64,000 nt of DNA. Origin: Microcoleus sp. GTDB lineage: Bacteria > Cyanobacteriota > Cyanobacteriia > Cyanobacteriales > Microcoleaceae. A model generated the notes under the pieces. The model had not been told where the DNA came from and searched no databases. It saw only the letters and a program-made list of their open reading frames with translations. The position numbers were made by a program, and so were the translations under genes. Where the stretch lies: the NCBI GenBank assembly GCA_052279835.1, contig CP181291.1, forward strand, positions 2,144,001 through 2,208,000, read 5' to 3'. Shown one piece after another: positions 12,004 to 22,724 of the stretch (position 1 is its first letter; each line of letters starts with the position of its first letter).

Positions 12004-14618
12004 AAAAACCTGTGATTGTTTGTATAGATGACGAACCTGATGTTTTGAACAGTTTAAAAATCGAACTGAAAAAGGCGATCGGCCATCAATGTATTATTGA
12101 AACGGCGGAAGGAGGTGAAGATGCTTTAGAATTGCTGGCAGATTTGCAAGCAGATGAATACGAAATAGCTTTAGTGCTTTCAGATTACATCATGCCGGAT
12201 ATTAAGGGAGATGAACTGCTGAAGCGAATTCACGAACGCTCCCCTGATACCCTGACAATTATGCTGACTGGTCAAGCAGATTTGGAAGCTCTTAGCAATG
12301 CTATTAAGTATGCTAAGTTGTATCGCTATATCCCTAAGCCTTGGCTAAATGAAGATTTGAAGTTGACAGTGGTAGAAGCAGTTCACAGTTACTTGCAAGA
12401 CCAAAAGTTAACAGACGAAATTTTCAAGCGGCAAGAAGCCAATTTGGAGTTAAAGAGAGTAAATGAGGCTTTATCTGCTAGTGAAAGCCAACTCAATCAA
12501 TTTTTAGAAGCTTTGCCCGTGGGGGTATCTGTTTATAATGCTGATGGATCGATCGCCTATTTTAATCGCACGGCGAGGGAATTGTTGGGTGCAGATACTA
12601 TCCCAGAAAGTAGGGCGGAACAATTAGCAGCGACTTATCAACTGTATGTGGCCAATAGCGATCGGCTATATCCCCCTGATAACCTCCCCATTTTGCGGGC
12701 TCTGGGAGGAGAATTTGTCAGGGTTGATGACGTAGAAATCCGCCAAAAGGACAAGACGGTGGCACTGGAAATCAGCACTACACCAATTTTTGACATCAAC
12801 GGCAATATTTCCTATGCGATCGCCACTTTTCAAGATATTAGCGATCGCAAACAAGCAGAAAAAGTCGTAGCAGAGTACCAGCGCACCTTAGAATCACAAA
12901 TTCAGGAACGAACAGAACAACTACAACAAGCAAAAGAAGCAGCCGAAGCAGCAAACATAGCTAAAAGTACCTTTTTAGCCAACATGAGTCACGAGTTACG
13001 AACTCCCCTCAATGCCATACTTGGATTCGCCCAAATCATGGAACCAAGTCCCAATCTCACCCGCGAAAACCGAGACAATCTCAGAATTATTCACCGCAGT
13101 GGCGAACATTTACTGACTCTGATCAACCAAGCCTTAGACTTATCCAAAATTGAAGCCGGGAGGATGTCGATCGAAGCTACAAGTTTTGACCTTTACAGAC
13201 TCCTAGAAGAGTTGGAAGATATGTTCCAACTCCGAGCAGAAAATCAAGAAGTGAACTTAATATTTGAACGCTCTCCCCAGGTGCCCCAGTACATAAAAAC
13301 CGATCAAATAAAATTGAGGCAAGTCCTGATTAATCTCCTGAGCAATGCAATTAAATTCACCCAAATTGGTCGCGTTGTAGTCAGAGTTAAGCGACTGGAA
13401 GAAGGACAACCAAGTCAAACAAAATATGCAAGTGATAGGGTTGGGGGAAATCTAATTAATCCTGAATTAAGCCCCATAAATACTGCTAGTATATTTACTC
13501 AAAATAGCCCGGAGGAAAATCCAAAACAGACAGGAACAGCTAGTGAGAGTAGGCATAATTCTATTTGTTTTCTTCTGTTTGAGGTAGAAGATACAGGAGT
13601 GGGAATTTCTCCCGAAGACTTAGGCAATATTTTTACAGCTTTTGTACAAACCGCATCAGGTCAGAAAACCCAAAAAGGCACAGGCTTAGGATTAACTATT
13701 AGCCGCCAATTTGTACGACTTATGGGTGGCGACATTACCGTAGAAAGTGAACTGGAACGAGGTTCTATTTTTAAATTCGAGATTCCCGTCCATCAAGTTG
13801 AAGCCTCAGCGATTCCGGCTGCGAAAATCAACTACGAAGTTATTGGCTTGCAGCCCAATCAACCTCAATATCGGATTTTAATTGTGGACGATGGGGAAGA
13901 CAATCGTCAACTATTAATCAAAATGCTTTCTCCCTTGGGTTTTGCACTGCAAGAAGCCTGTCATGGCATGGAAGCATTAGAAATCTGGGAAACTTGGCAA
14001 CCACATTTGATTTTCATCGATTTGCGAATGCCGGTGATGGACGGTTATGAAGCTACGAGAGAAATTAGAGCCAGAATCCAGCAAAGAACAGAAGGACTAC
14101 CAGGGGCGGTGGAGATAAATGTGGAAAGTAATATCTTGACTCCAGAATTACCCATTCCGAAGATTATTGCCTTAACAGCTAGTACAATAGAAGAAAGACG
14201 CTCCTTTGCTTTATTGGTTGGCTGTGATGACTTTATCAACAAACCTTTCCGTAAAGTAGATATATTGGATAGCCTCAATCAACATTTGGGCATAGAGTAT
14301 ATTTATCGCTCAACTGGTTCGAGTCTAAGTGGAAATGATGAAATCGGCGAGGGAAATATTCTTTCTGATTCAGCAGGCAGTTTTGCCCCTGCTTCTGCGC
14401 CCAAACTGCCTGCTGAATGGATAGATAATATGAAGCAGGTCATCCGCAGTGCCGACTTGGATTTAATTGCTAGCACCATCGAGGAAATTAGGATGATTCG
14501 TCCTGAATTTGCCGATATTCTTCAACATCATCTAGATAATTTTGATTATCAGAAAATATTTAATTTAATTAGTGAGGAAGAGGAATCACAAAATGCCGAT
14601 GAATCCAGACAAAACTGA
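12000..14618 (+). CDS. Hybrid histidine kinase (REC-PAS-HisKA-HATPase-REC)
   Basis: N-terminal REC, FLANMSHELRTPL, GTGLGL, C-terminal REC; overlaps the upstream stop (ATGA). Confidence 0.92.
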   Translation: MKKPVIVCIDDEPDVLNSLKIELKKAIGHQCIIETAEGGEDALELLADLQADEYEIALVLSDYIMPDIKGDELLKRIHERSPDTLTIMLTGQADLEALSNAIKYAKLYRYIPKPWLNEDLKLTVVEAVHSYLQDQKLTDEIFKRQEANLELKRVNEALSASESQLNQFLEALPVGVSVYNADGSIAYFNRTARELLGADTIPESRAEQLAATYQLYVANSDRLYPPDNLPILRALGGEFVRVDDVEIRQKDKTVALEISTTPIFDINGNISYAIATFQDISDRKQAEKVVAEYQRTLESQIQERTEQLQQAKEAAEAANIAKSTFLANMSHELRTPLNAILGFAQIMEPSPNLTRENRDNLRIIHRSGEHLLTLINQALDLSKIEAGRMSIEATSFDLYRLLEELEDMFQLRAENQEVNLIFERSPQVPQYIKTDQIKLRQVLINLLSNAIKFTQIGRVVVRVKRLEEGQPSQTKYASDRVGGNLINPELSPINTASIFTQNSPEENPKQTGTASESRHNSICFLLFEVEDTGVGISPEDLGNIFTAFVQTASGQKTQKGTGLGLTISRQFVRLMGGDITVESELERGSIFKFEIPVHQVEASAIPAAKINYEVIGLQPNQPQYRILIVDDGEDNRQLLIKMLSPLGFALQEACHGMEALEIWETWQPHLIFIDLRMPVMDGYEATREIRARIQQRTEGLPGAVEINVESNILTPELPIPKIIALTASTIEERRSFALLVGCDDFINKPFRKVDILDSLNQHLGIEYIYRSTGSSLSGNDEIGEGNILSDSAGSFAPASAPKLPAEWIDNMKQVIRSADLDLIASTIEEIRMIRPEFADILQHHLDNFDYQKIFNLISEEEESQNADESRQN

Positions 14619-16242
14619 TCGTTATCAAGCCGATATTTTAGTAGTTGACGATACCCCAGACAACCTGCGTTTGTTGATTAGAATTTTGCAAAAACAGGGG
14701 TACAAAGTTAGACCTGTAACTAACGGTTTTTCGGCTTTAGAGGCTATTCAATCTAGCCAGCCAGATTTGATTTTATTAGATATTATGATGCCGGATATTA
14801 GCGGTTATGAAATATGTCAACAATTGAAATCTAGCCCGGATTTCAATGAAATTCCTATTATTTTTCTTAGTGCCCTTGAAGATGGATTAAATAAAGCCAA
14901 AGCGTTTGAAATTGGTGGTTCCGACTATATCACAAAACCTTTCCAAGTGAAAGAAGTATTGGCGCGAGTTAACAATCAACTGATTGTCCGTTCCTTGCAG
15001 ATGCAGTTGCAAGCAAAAAATCATAAATTGACCGAACAAAACGACCAATTGCAAGAGGAAATTATCGAACGTAAACGGGTTGAAGCAGAAACTTCTTTGT
15101 TATTGAAAGCTACTCAAGCTATTAGCAAAGCCGAGGATTTTGAATCGGCAATTGATGTAATTTTAAGGTTAATTTGCGAAACAATCAAATGGAATTTGGC
15201 GGAAGCTTGGATTCCAGATAATGATGGTCAAATTTTAAAATGTGCTAGAGGTATGTATGCTAGTGATTTGAGTTTTGTGGAATTCCGAAAAACGAGTTTT
15301 CCTTTAACTTTTGCCCCTGGTGTGGGAATGCCTGGTCGGATTTTCCTATCCCAGCAGCCGGAATGGATTGAGGATGTTTCTCAAGTTGAATCAGAAGTTT
15401 TTATGCGTTTTCAAATTGCCGGAAATGTTGGTTTAAAAGCTGCCTTCGGTTTTCCGATTTTGGCTGACGATCAAGTGTTAGCGGTGATAATTTTTTATTG
15501 TGACAAGAGTCTTGAATGTCAGCCGCGATTGTGGGAATTATTTAGTGCGGTTGCGACTCAGCTAGGTGCGTTGATTAAGCGCAAGCAAGCTGAGGAAGCG
15601 CTGAGATTGGAGCAAAAACAAACAGAGAGATTGCTGCTGAATATTTTGCCAAAACCCATCGCCCTCCGCTTGCAAAAGGAACAAAAACTGATTGCCGATC
15701 ATTTTGATGAAGTGAGCGTTTTGTTTGCGGATTTGGTGGGTTTTACGGAGTTTTCTGCCCACAAAAGTCCGACGCAGTTGGTAGAAATTTTGAATGGAAT
15801 TTTTTGTGAGTTTGATAGGTTGTCGGAGTCGCGCGGATTGGAAAAGATTAAGACTATTGGGGATGCTTACATGGTGGTGGGCGGTTTACCAACACCGCGA
15901 GAGGATCATGGGGAGGCGATCGCCTTTTTAGCCCTAGAGATGCAAGCGGCTTTGACTCAGTTTAATCTGAAAACCGGAGAAAATTTTGAGTTACGCATCG
16001 GCATACACAGCGGTTCGGTGGTGGCAGGAATTATTGGAATTAGCAAATTTAGCTATGATTTGTGGGGTGACACTGTTAATGTTGCTTCGCGGATGGAGTC
16101 CAATGGAATGTCAGGTAAAATTCAAGTGACGGTGGCAACTCATGAGCTTTTGAAAGATAAATTTGTTTTAGAAGAAAGGGGGATGACTGAGATTAAAGGC
16201 AAAGGGAAAATGTTGACTTACTGGTTGCTAGACAAGTGCTAA
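14593..16242 (+). CDS. Class III adenylate/guanylate cyclase with REC and GAF domains
   Basis: LFADLVGFT, KIKTIGDAYM, YDLWGDTVNVASRMES; ATG at 14593 chosen as start. Confidence 0.92.
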   Translation: MPMNPDKTDRYQADILVVDDTPDNLRLLIRILQKQGYKVRPVTNGFSALEAIQSSQPDLILLDIMMPDISGYEICQQLKSSPDFNEIPIIFLSALEDGLNKAKAFEIGGSDYITKPFQVKEVLARVNNQLIVRSLQMQLQAKNHKLTEQNDQLQEEIIERKRVEAETSLLLKATQAISKAEDFESAIDVILRLICETIKWNLAEAWIPDNDGQILKCARGMYASDLSFVEFRKTSFPLTFAPGVGMPGRIFLSQQPEWIEDVSQVESEVFMRFQIAGNVGLKAAFGFPILADDQVLAVIIFYCDKSLECQPRLWELFSAVATQLGALIKRKQAEEALRLEQKQTERLLLNILPKPIALRLQKEQKLIADHFDEVSVLFADLVGFTEFSAHKSPTQLVEILNGIFCEFDRLSESRGLEKIKTIGDAYMVVGGLPTPREDHGEAIAFLALEMQAALTQFNLKTGENFELRIGIHSGSVVAGIIGISKFSYDLWGDTVNVASRMESNGMSGKIQVTVATHELLKDKFVLEERGMTEIKGKGKMLTYWLLDKC

Positions 16243-16306
16243 AATATAAGTGATTAATTTTTTTAAGTAAAGATCTATTAATATTAAGATTAGATTCAAC
16301 TTCCGC

Positions 16307-16840
16307 TTGATGAGGGCTAATAATTTGCAAACCGTTGACACAAAATCACCGACAGCATTAAAAAAAGTGCTAGTTATTTTAATGTCATTGCTAGGAGTAG
16401 CAATACTGTCGATCGCCATTTTTATAGCCATTCCCGGAGAAAAAACCATGTTTGCTGGAAAAAGACCTACCAATATCGGTATTCAGTCAGGAAAACTCGC
16501 ACCTTGTCCCACTTCCCCCAACTGTGTCAGCAGCTTTAGTCAAGATGCCGAACACAAAATTGAGCCTTTGACATACAATTCGACACCCACAGTCGCCATG
16601 GCAAATCTCAAAGGGGCGATCGCCTCCTTGGACAAAACTAAAATTATCGAACAAACAGATAATTACCTCTATGCGGAATTTACCAGTTCCTTGATGGGGT
16701 TCGTGGATGATGTAGAATTCTTGCTAGATGAATCAGCAAAAGTCATTCATGTGCGATCGGCTTCACGTCTAGGACAATCCGACTTGGGAGTCAATCGCAA
16801 ACGGATAGAAACCATCAGAAATCAACTAAATCAACTCTGA
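16307..16840 (+). CDS. DUF1499 family protein
   Basis: CPTSPNCVSS, GFVDDVEF, RSASRLGQSDLGVNRKR; start uncertain. Confidence 0.85.
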   Translation: MMRANNLQTVDTKSPTALKKVLVILMSLLGVAILSIAIFIAIPGEKTMFAGKRPTNIGIQSGKLAPCPTSPNCVSSFSQDAEHKIEPLTYNSTPTVAMANLKGAIASLDKTKIIEQTDNYLYAEFTSSLMGFVDDVEFLLDESAKVIHVRSASRLGQSDLGVNRKRIETIRNQLNQL

Positions 16841-17161
16841 ACTTCCAAGTTTTAATGGGAGATTTTGCCTAGGCGAAGCATGACCGCAGACAACTTATTA
16901 GTGATAACCAGAGATTTACAGCCGTCATGCTTCGCCCCTACGAATATATTTGCAAAACTGAGCTGCACCCCAAGTTTTAACTTTTCCCCAACCCCTCACC
17001 CATGAGGGGTTTTGCATAAAGTTGAGTGCGGTATTTCCCATACGCCACTGTATTCCTATAGTATTAAGTAGCTTAGATTCAACACTTCCGACTTTAGGGA
17101 GAGGGAAAATTACTAATAAATTCTTAGGATGAAGGTAATTAAAAGCATAGGAGAAAAAGAC

Positions 17162-18016
17162 ATGGCTCTTCAAAGAATAGAAGAATTTTATCCTAACTAT
17201 AGGGAAGAAATTTTTGCAGGAGACGACATCAAAGGCTTTGATGTTTATGCAGGTGACTCCGATGAAAAAATAGGGAGCATTTACGACGCTTTGGTTGATG
17301 AAACTGGTCGTTTTCGTTATTTAGTAATTGACACCGGGATCTGGATTTTTGGCAAAAAAGTCTTGCTGCCGATCGGCTCTGCTCGTTTCGACTACGGAGC
17401 CCGTCGTGTTTATGCAACCGGTCTTTTCAGCAAAGCTCAAGCAGAACAATTACCTGCTTATAATGAATTAGAGCCTGTAGATTACGATCGCGAAGAACAG
17501 GTAAGAGACGTATACCGTGGCACCACTGCGCCAGAAACCGCATCAGCCCTTTCTACTCCTAACTACGATCGCAGCAACTACAGCTACGATTTAGACCGTC
17601 CTCTGTACGAGACAAACGAACAGAATCATCAAACCCTCAAACTTTATGAAGAACGGTTAATTGCCAACAAAAACCGTGCCAAAACAGGGGAAGTAGCAGT
17701 CGGTAAGCGTGTAGAAACCGAAATTGCACGAGCCTCAGTACCCATCGAAAAAGAACGAGTTGTCATCGAGCGAGTAACACCCGTAGAAGCAGGTAGAGTA
17801 GTTTCAGTCGGTGCCGTTGACTTCCAATCCGGTGAAGTTGCACGCATGGAAGTTTACGAAGAAACCGCCGACATTCACAAAGAAGCTTACGTGCGCGAAG
17901 AAGTCAGCGTTAGAAAAGAAGTAGTTCGCAGCACGGTGGATGGTGAAGAAACTTTGCGCCGTGAAGAACTAGACATTAAGACAGATGGAACTCCGGTTGT
18001 AGATAACAAAATCTAA
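17162..18016 (+). CDS. PRC-barrel + DUF2382 (YsnF/AvaK-like) stress protein
   Basis: KIGSIYDALVD..FRYLVIDTG, LKLYEERL..K, LRREEL. Confidence 0.85.
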   Translation: MALQRIEEFYPNYREEIFAGDDIKGFDVYAGDSDEKIGSIYDALVDETGRFRYLVIDTGIWIFGKKVLLPIGSARFDYGARRVYATGLFSKAQAEQLPAYNELEPVDYDREEQVRDVYRGTTAPETASALSTPNYDRSNYSYDLDRPLYETNEQNHQTLKLYEERLIANKNRAKTGEVAVGKRVETEIARASVPIEKERVVIERVTPVEAGRVVSVGAVDFQSGEVARMEVYEETADIHKEAYVREEVSVRKEVVRSTVDGEETLRREELDIKTDGTPVVDNKI

Positions 18017-18117
18017 ACCGCCCACTGCCTATTTTAGGGGGATAGATTTAGTCCCAAGTTGGTCTTTCTCAGACCAACTTGTCATCCTCTAAAAACCCCT
18101 AAAGGGTGTAATGGGGA

Positions 18118-18250
18118 ACCCCCCCTGCCCCCCCCAAGGGGGGATGGGAGAAGGTAATTGGGAATCGGGAATGGAGAATGGGGAATAACCAATTACCAAT
18201 TACCAATTCCCCATTACCAATTACCAATTACCTATTACCTATTACCAATT
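18118..18250. repeat. C-run/G-run palindromic element plus ATTACCA heptamer repeats
   Basis: ccccccctgccccccccaagggggg; (attacca)n. Confidence 0.75.
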
Positions 18251-18323
18251 CTAGATTGTACCTCATCTTTCACTCCCAAGGCTATATATAGCGTTTTTAA
18301 TGTAAATTAGGAAACTTTTAAAA

Positions 18324-19232
18324 ATGAACAACCAACCCTCAGTTGAAAAAACCCAACGTGCCAAGGGAACTACCCATTTCAACCGAGTTCCCGAAAAAGT
18401 GAGAACAAAACTTAAAACTTTTATAGTCAAAGATCGGGAGGGTGAGTTAGTAGGTAAAATCAAAGATGTCTATTTCGATAATAGTGGAAAACTAAATTTT
18501 TTAGTAGCCGGAAAGCAGGGGGAAAACCCACGGCTTGTTTTATTAAATATTAAGCAACTCAACACAGTAGATTATCAGGAAAAAATCCTGTTATTTAAAC
18601 TTAGCTTAGAGCAAATAGAGATGCTGCCACTAAAATCAGCTAATGACAGCCATGAGCATTTAGAAATCCCAGCCTCCCCAAACGTTCTCAGTCACAGCAA
18701 CCCAACTCCTCCCGTAGCAATTATGTCTAATGAAACCGATGCCGATGAGCGCCCCATCGAAAATCTGGAAAGCCCGGAAATTCACGAAGACTTAGATGGC
18801 GAAGATTTAGATGTTGTCGATCGAGAAATAATTCGCCTGCTAGAAGAACGATTGGTCATCAATCGCAGCAAGCGCAAAATTGGCGAAGTTATCGTCCGTA
18901 AAGAAATAGAAACTCGGATGGTACAAGTACCAATTCAGAGAGAAAAGTTGATTGTGGAACAAGTAGGTGACGATCCGAAGGTGCTGGCCGAAATAGATTT
19001 AGGTGAGGGACAAATCACCGGGATTGATTTGAGCGAAATTAATCATCACAAATCGTCACTACCAACAGTCAGCGCTGAATTTACATCGGTGCAAAAAGCT
19101 AGCAAAGTTTTAAATTTGATCGAATCCCAGCCTCGTCACGGCTGCGCCAAAGTCCGTCTAGAAATAGTTCTGGAAAATCAGGAGCTTGAGGAAACTTATC
19201 AAAAATTGATGGACAGCTATTCAGATAGTTGA
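18324..19232 (+). CDS. PRC-barrel + DUF2382 domain protein
   Basis: GKIKDVYFD; IRLLEERLVINRSKRKIGEVIVRKEIET. Confidence 0.75.
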   Translation: MNNQPSVEKTQRAKGTTHFNRVPEKVRTKLKTFIVKDREGELVGKIKDVYFDNSGKLNFLVAGKQGENPRLVLLNIKQLNTVDYQEKILLFKLSLEQIEMLPLKSANDSHEHLEIPASPNVLSHSNPTPPVAIMSNETDADERPIENLESPEIHEDLDGEDLDVVDREIIRLLEERLVINRSKRKIGEVIVRKEIETRMVQVPIQREKLIVEQVGDDPKVLAEIDLGEGQITGIDLSEINHHKSSLPTVSAEFTSVQKASKVLNLIESQPRHGCAKVRLEIVLENQELEETYQKLMDSYSDS

Positions 19233-19415
19233 ACTAGGAAATCTGAGCTGGGGGCTAATTTGATAAATAAAGCTTAGAGGTTGGGTTGAGCGAGAAAACC
19301 CAACTTCCCATCAGGTTTTAGGAAAGTTTAACCGGAGGGACTAACTCTGCATTTTCGGAAAAATTGTTCCAAGTTGCGGTATAGTTGTGTTGGAAAAGTC
19401 TAAAAGTATTAGAAA

Positions 19416-19902
19416 ATGACCAGCACCATTTCCGACATTACAGTAAAAACGATCGCAGGCGCAGACAAACAGCTAGGAGAGTATGCTGGTAAGGTACTCT
19501 TGATCGTGAATTTAGCTTCCTACTGTGGCTATACGCCTCAATACAAAGGACTCGAAGAGTTGAATCAAAAGTACAGCGATGCGGGGTCTCCGGGTTTTAG
19601 GGTTTCCCTGCAACGACTTCGGTGCTCAGGAGCCTGGTACTAACTCAGAAATTGTCGAATTCTGCACTACAAAATACGGTGTCAGCTTTGAGCTTTTCGA
19701 CAAGGTACACGCTAAAGGTAGTCAACAACACCCGCTGTATGCTCAGCTTACCAGTTCTGTGGCTCCCAAGGGCGAGGTTTCTTGGAATTTTGAGAAATTT
19801 TTAGTCAGCAAACAAGGTGAAGTGGTTGCTAGATTTCGCAGCAGTGTAGGCCCGGAATCTCCAGAGTTGATTGCTGCAATTGAACAGGAATTGGCTAAAT
19901 AA
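19416..19902 (+). CDS. Glutathione peroxidase family protein (apparent +1 frameshift in GGGG at 19583-19586)
   Basis: [14 protein letters not shown], then [13 protein letters not shown] and WNFEKFL in the next frame. Confidence 0.88.
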
Positions 19903-20368
19903 AGAAGAGGGAAGAAAGAAGAGGGAATAAAGAAGAGGGAAGAAGTTACTTTTTTTCGGTTTCTCATTTTCTGCCTTCTTTTTTCCCGCGGTTGATTAAA
20001 TACAATGGGAGAATTATTTAGTGGAAAATACATCTGGGTTAGATTTAGTTGTAGGTTTATTGGCGCTCGCCATTTTGGGTGGCGGACTCCTAATGCTGTT
20101 TTCCGGTATCTCCTCATTTCCTAAAGAGAAATAAAATATAACCGCAGTCAAAAGGATTGAGTTATTTGGGAAATGGGTGATAATTCGAGGTTAAGGGGAT
20201 GTGAAATAGCCTGCACCTAGTCAAAGGTTAAGAGTTGCGATCGCCAGTCTAGGCAATCCTAGGAAAATGTGATAATCTATGGGCTGCAATAGACTTTTCT
20301 CATCAAGATTGTGGAACGGGCATCGTGCCTGTTCTTAACAGGGTTATACTTCCTTCTTGCTTCTACTT

Positions 20369-20902
20369 ATGAACATCGAGCAGTTTGTTGAAAATTCACT
20401 AGGACAATGGCGATCGCAGCGTAGCGCCCATCACTTGACTTTCAGACACTTTGAAGCTATAGAATCAGTGATTGATATCGTGGCAGTCTCACCCGATGAT
20501 GCAGCCGTCATCGACCTCTGCAAGTCCTACAACATAGACCCAAGCCAAGCAATAAGCCCCTTTCAAATGGTCTGGGAGGGACACTCAGATTGGGATGAAA
20601 ACGCCGAAATGAAGGGGAGTTGCATCCTCGTACCAATCCCCGATCGCACAGTCCCCAATCGCGGCAAGTTACTACGAGATCAAGGATATGCCGAAACCAT
20701 TCCCGCCGCCGCCGACTATCACATCACCGACGATGATACTTTTGTGCTGCTAACCAGCTACGATAACGCAGCCGCCGAAGAAAAAATCTGGTTTGCCAAT
20801 CCTAACCTTCGGTTTCGTGTTTCCCTCATCAAAACCAGCAAAGGAAGTGGAGTTGTTACCGCCTCATTTTCCTCAGAAATTCGTTCACTTTCGGGGAAAT
20901 AA
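20369..20902 (+). CDS. cpeS: Phycoerythrobilin lyase CpeS (CpcS family)
   Basis: F..SLGQWRSQRSAHHL, EEKIWFANPNLR; phycoerythrin cluster context. Confidence 0.88.
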   Translation: MNIEQFVENSLGQWRSQRSAHHLTFRHFEAIESVIDIVAVSPDDAAVIDLCKSYNIDPSQAISPFQMVWEGHSDWDENAEMKGSCILVPIPDRTVPNRGKLLRDQGYAETIPAAADYHITDDDTFVLLTSYDNAAAEEKIWFANPNLRFRVSLIKTSKGSGVVTASFSSEIRSLSGK

Positions 20903-20920
20903 GCAAATAGGAAATAGGGT

Positions 20921-21520
20921 ATGAATACTGTCAAGAACAATGATTTAATCACTCTCGCTCAGTGGATGGCGGGGGACTTTAGTAACTACAAACAATCCTT
21001 TGCCAAACCACAACAATTTGCCCATATTCACATTTTATTTCGTCCCCTACCCTTTGAATTTTTTAACGCGATCGGCTTTTATTCCGAACAAGTTTATGAC
21101 CATGACCTCTGGACTCCCTATCGTCAAGGAGTTCACAAATTAATTGACCAAGGAGAACAAATTTATATTGAAAATTATAGTCTCAACGATCCAGTACAAT
21201 ACGCCGGCGCAGCACGAGAATTAAGCATTCTCAAGACAATTAAACCCGATTGTATTCAAAGACGCTACAATTGTTCGATGGTTTTCCAACGAGACGGAGA
21301 AATGTTTCGCGGCAGTGTAGAACCGGGAAACCAGTGCCTGATTGAAAAAAAAGGTTGTTTAACCTACCTCATCAGTGACGTAGAAATTACCGAAACAACT
21401 TGGAGTAGTCTCGATCGCGGCATGGATGTAAATACTCATCAACAGATTTGGGGCTCAGACAACGGCTCTTTATGGTTTGAAAAGCGCCAAAGCTTTGCCA
21501 CGGAAGTCCCATTAGTCTAA
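20921..21520 (+). CDS. cpeT: Bilin lyase CpeT (CpcT family)
   Basis: LAQWMAGDFSN, FYSEQVYD..PYRQ, DRG, WGS; follows cpeS. Confidence 0.88.
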   Translation: MNTVKNNDLITLAQWMAGDFSNYKQSFAKPQQFAHIHILFRPLPFEFFNAIGFYSEQVYDHDLWTPYRQGVHKLIDQGEQIYIENYSLNDPVQYAGAARELSILKTIKPDCIQRRYNCSMVFQRDGEMFRGSVEPGNQCLIEKKGCLTYLISDVEITETTWSSLDRGMDVNTHQQIWGSDNGSLWFEKRQSFATEVPLV

Positions 21521-21726
21521 TTTGCGCTAGGGGCGATCGGCTACAGCAGCCCTAGCATACTACAGCCACCAATCACCTTCCCCACAGATATTTCCCAGCT
21601 ATAAATTCCCTACCTGTAGTACAAAAAAACGCCACGAGATCTACTCTGTTACGTTATGTAACTTTTTCTAATCTAACATCTAATTATGGTAAATTTTCAC
21701 ATAACACAATAGTGGAGATTTTTTAA

Positions 21727-22611
21727 ATGGTTTTTGGACCTGCATCTCGACTTGGAGTCAGTTTATTTGAAGAAACACCCTGTTTAGAACTGAGCCCAGG
21801 ACGTTCCCAAGAAGAAGTAGAAACCATAATTCGTGCCGTCTATCGGCAAGTTTTAGGTAATGCTTACGTCATGGAAAGCGAACGAGCCACAATTCCTGAA
21901 TCCCAATTCAAAAGTGGTGAATTGAGCGTCCGCGAATTCGTCCGCGCCCTGGCAAAATCAGACGCCTATCGTTCTCGCTTTTTCGATACTTGTCCTCGCT
22001 ATCGGTTCATTGAACTCAACTTCAAACATCTTCTCGGTCGGGCTCCTGATGGCCTAGAAGAAATGAGAACTCATAGCACTATCCTAGATACCCAAGGCTT
22101 CGAGGCAGAAATTGATTCCTACCTCGACAGCGATGAATATCAAAACGCCTACGGGGAAAATATCGTTCCCTACTACCGAGGCTACAAAACCCAACCAGGA
22201 CAAAACATGGTTGGGTTTACACATATGTTTGCTCTCTTGCGCGGTGCTTCCAGCAGCGATTTGAAGGGCAGTATTTCAGGAAAAGCCCCTGTGTTGAATA
22301 AATTCGTGATTCAACAAACCCCTCTACCAATCGTTCCTCCTTCCGGTGGTGCAATTGGAGATGGTTGGGCATTCCAAGAGTCGGCGCTCAATACACGTAG
22401 TCGTGCTGGATTAGGCTCCGTAGCAGAAGGCAAAGTGTATCGCATTACAGTAACTGGATATCGCTCTTCAGGAACGACTGTGCTCAACAAAGTATCTAAA
22501 TTCCGCCGCAGCAATCAAGTTTATCTAGTACCGTTCGATCGCCTCTCGCAAGAATATCAACGCATCCACCAACAAGGTGGCGTAATTTCCAGCATCACCG
22601 CTGTCAACTAA
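21727..22611 (+). CDS. cpeC: Phycoerythrin rod linker CpeC
   Basis: FGPASRLGVSLF N-terminus, RAVYRQVLGNAYVMESER, CpcD-like C-terminus. Confidence 0.88.
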   Translation: MVFGPASRLGVSLFEETPCLELSPGRSQEEVETIIRAVYRQVLGNAYVMESERATIPESQFKSGELSVREFVRALAKSDAYRSRFFDTCPRYRFIELNFKHLLGRAPDGLEEMRTHSTILDTQGFEAEIDSYLDSDEYQNAYGENIVPYYRGYKTQPGQNMVGFTHMFALLRGASSSDLKGSISGKAPVLNKFVIQQTPLPIVPPSGGAIGDGWAFQESALNTRSRAGLGSVAEGKVYRITVTGYRSSGTTVLNKVSKFRRSNQVYLVPFDRLSQEYQRIHQQGGVISSITAVN

Positions 22612-22724
22612 AAACCCCCCTGAAACTTCTGCCTTAACGACTTAGGGAATCTACGTCCCTGAGCGTTTTTAGGCAATCCTTAATTCTCAGTTTTGAAGCA
22701 TTATTTATTGATAGGAAAAAGCCA

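Noticed and set aside
19416..19902. Selenocysteine or programmed recoding in glutathione peroxidase
   Set aside because: The active-site codon is TGT (Cys); the break is a homopolymer indel like the others in the window.
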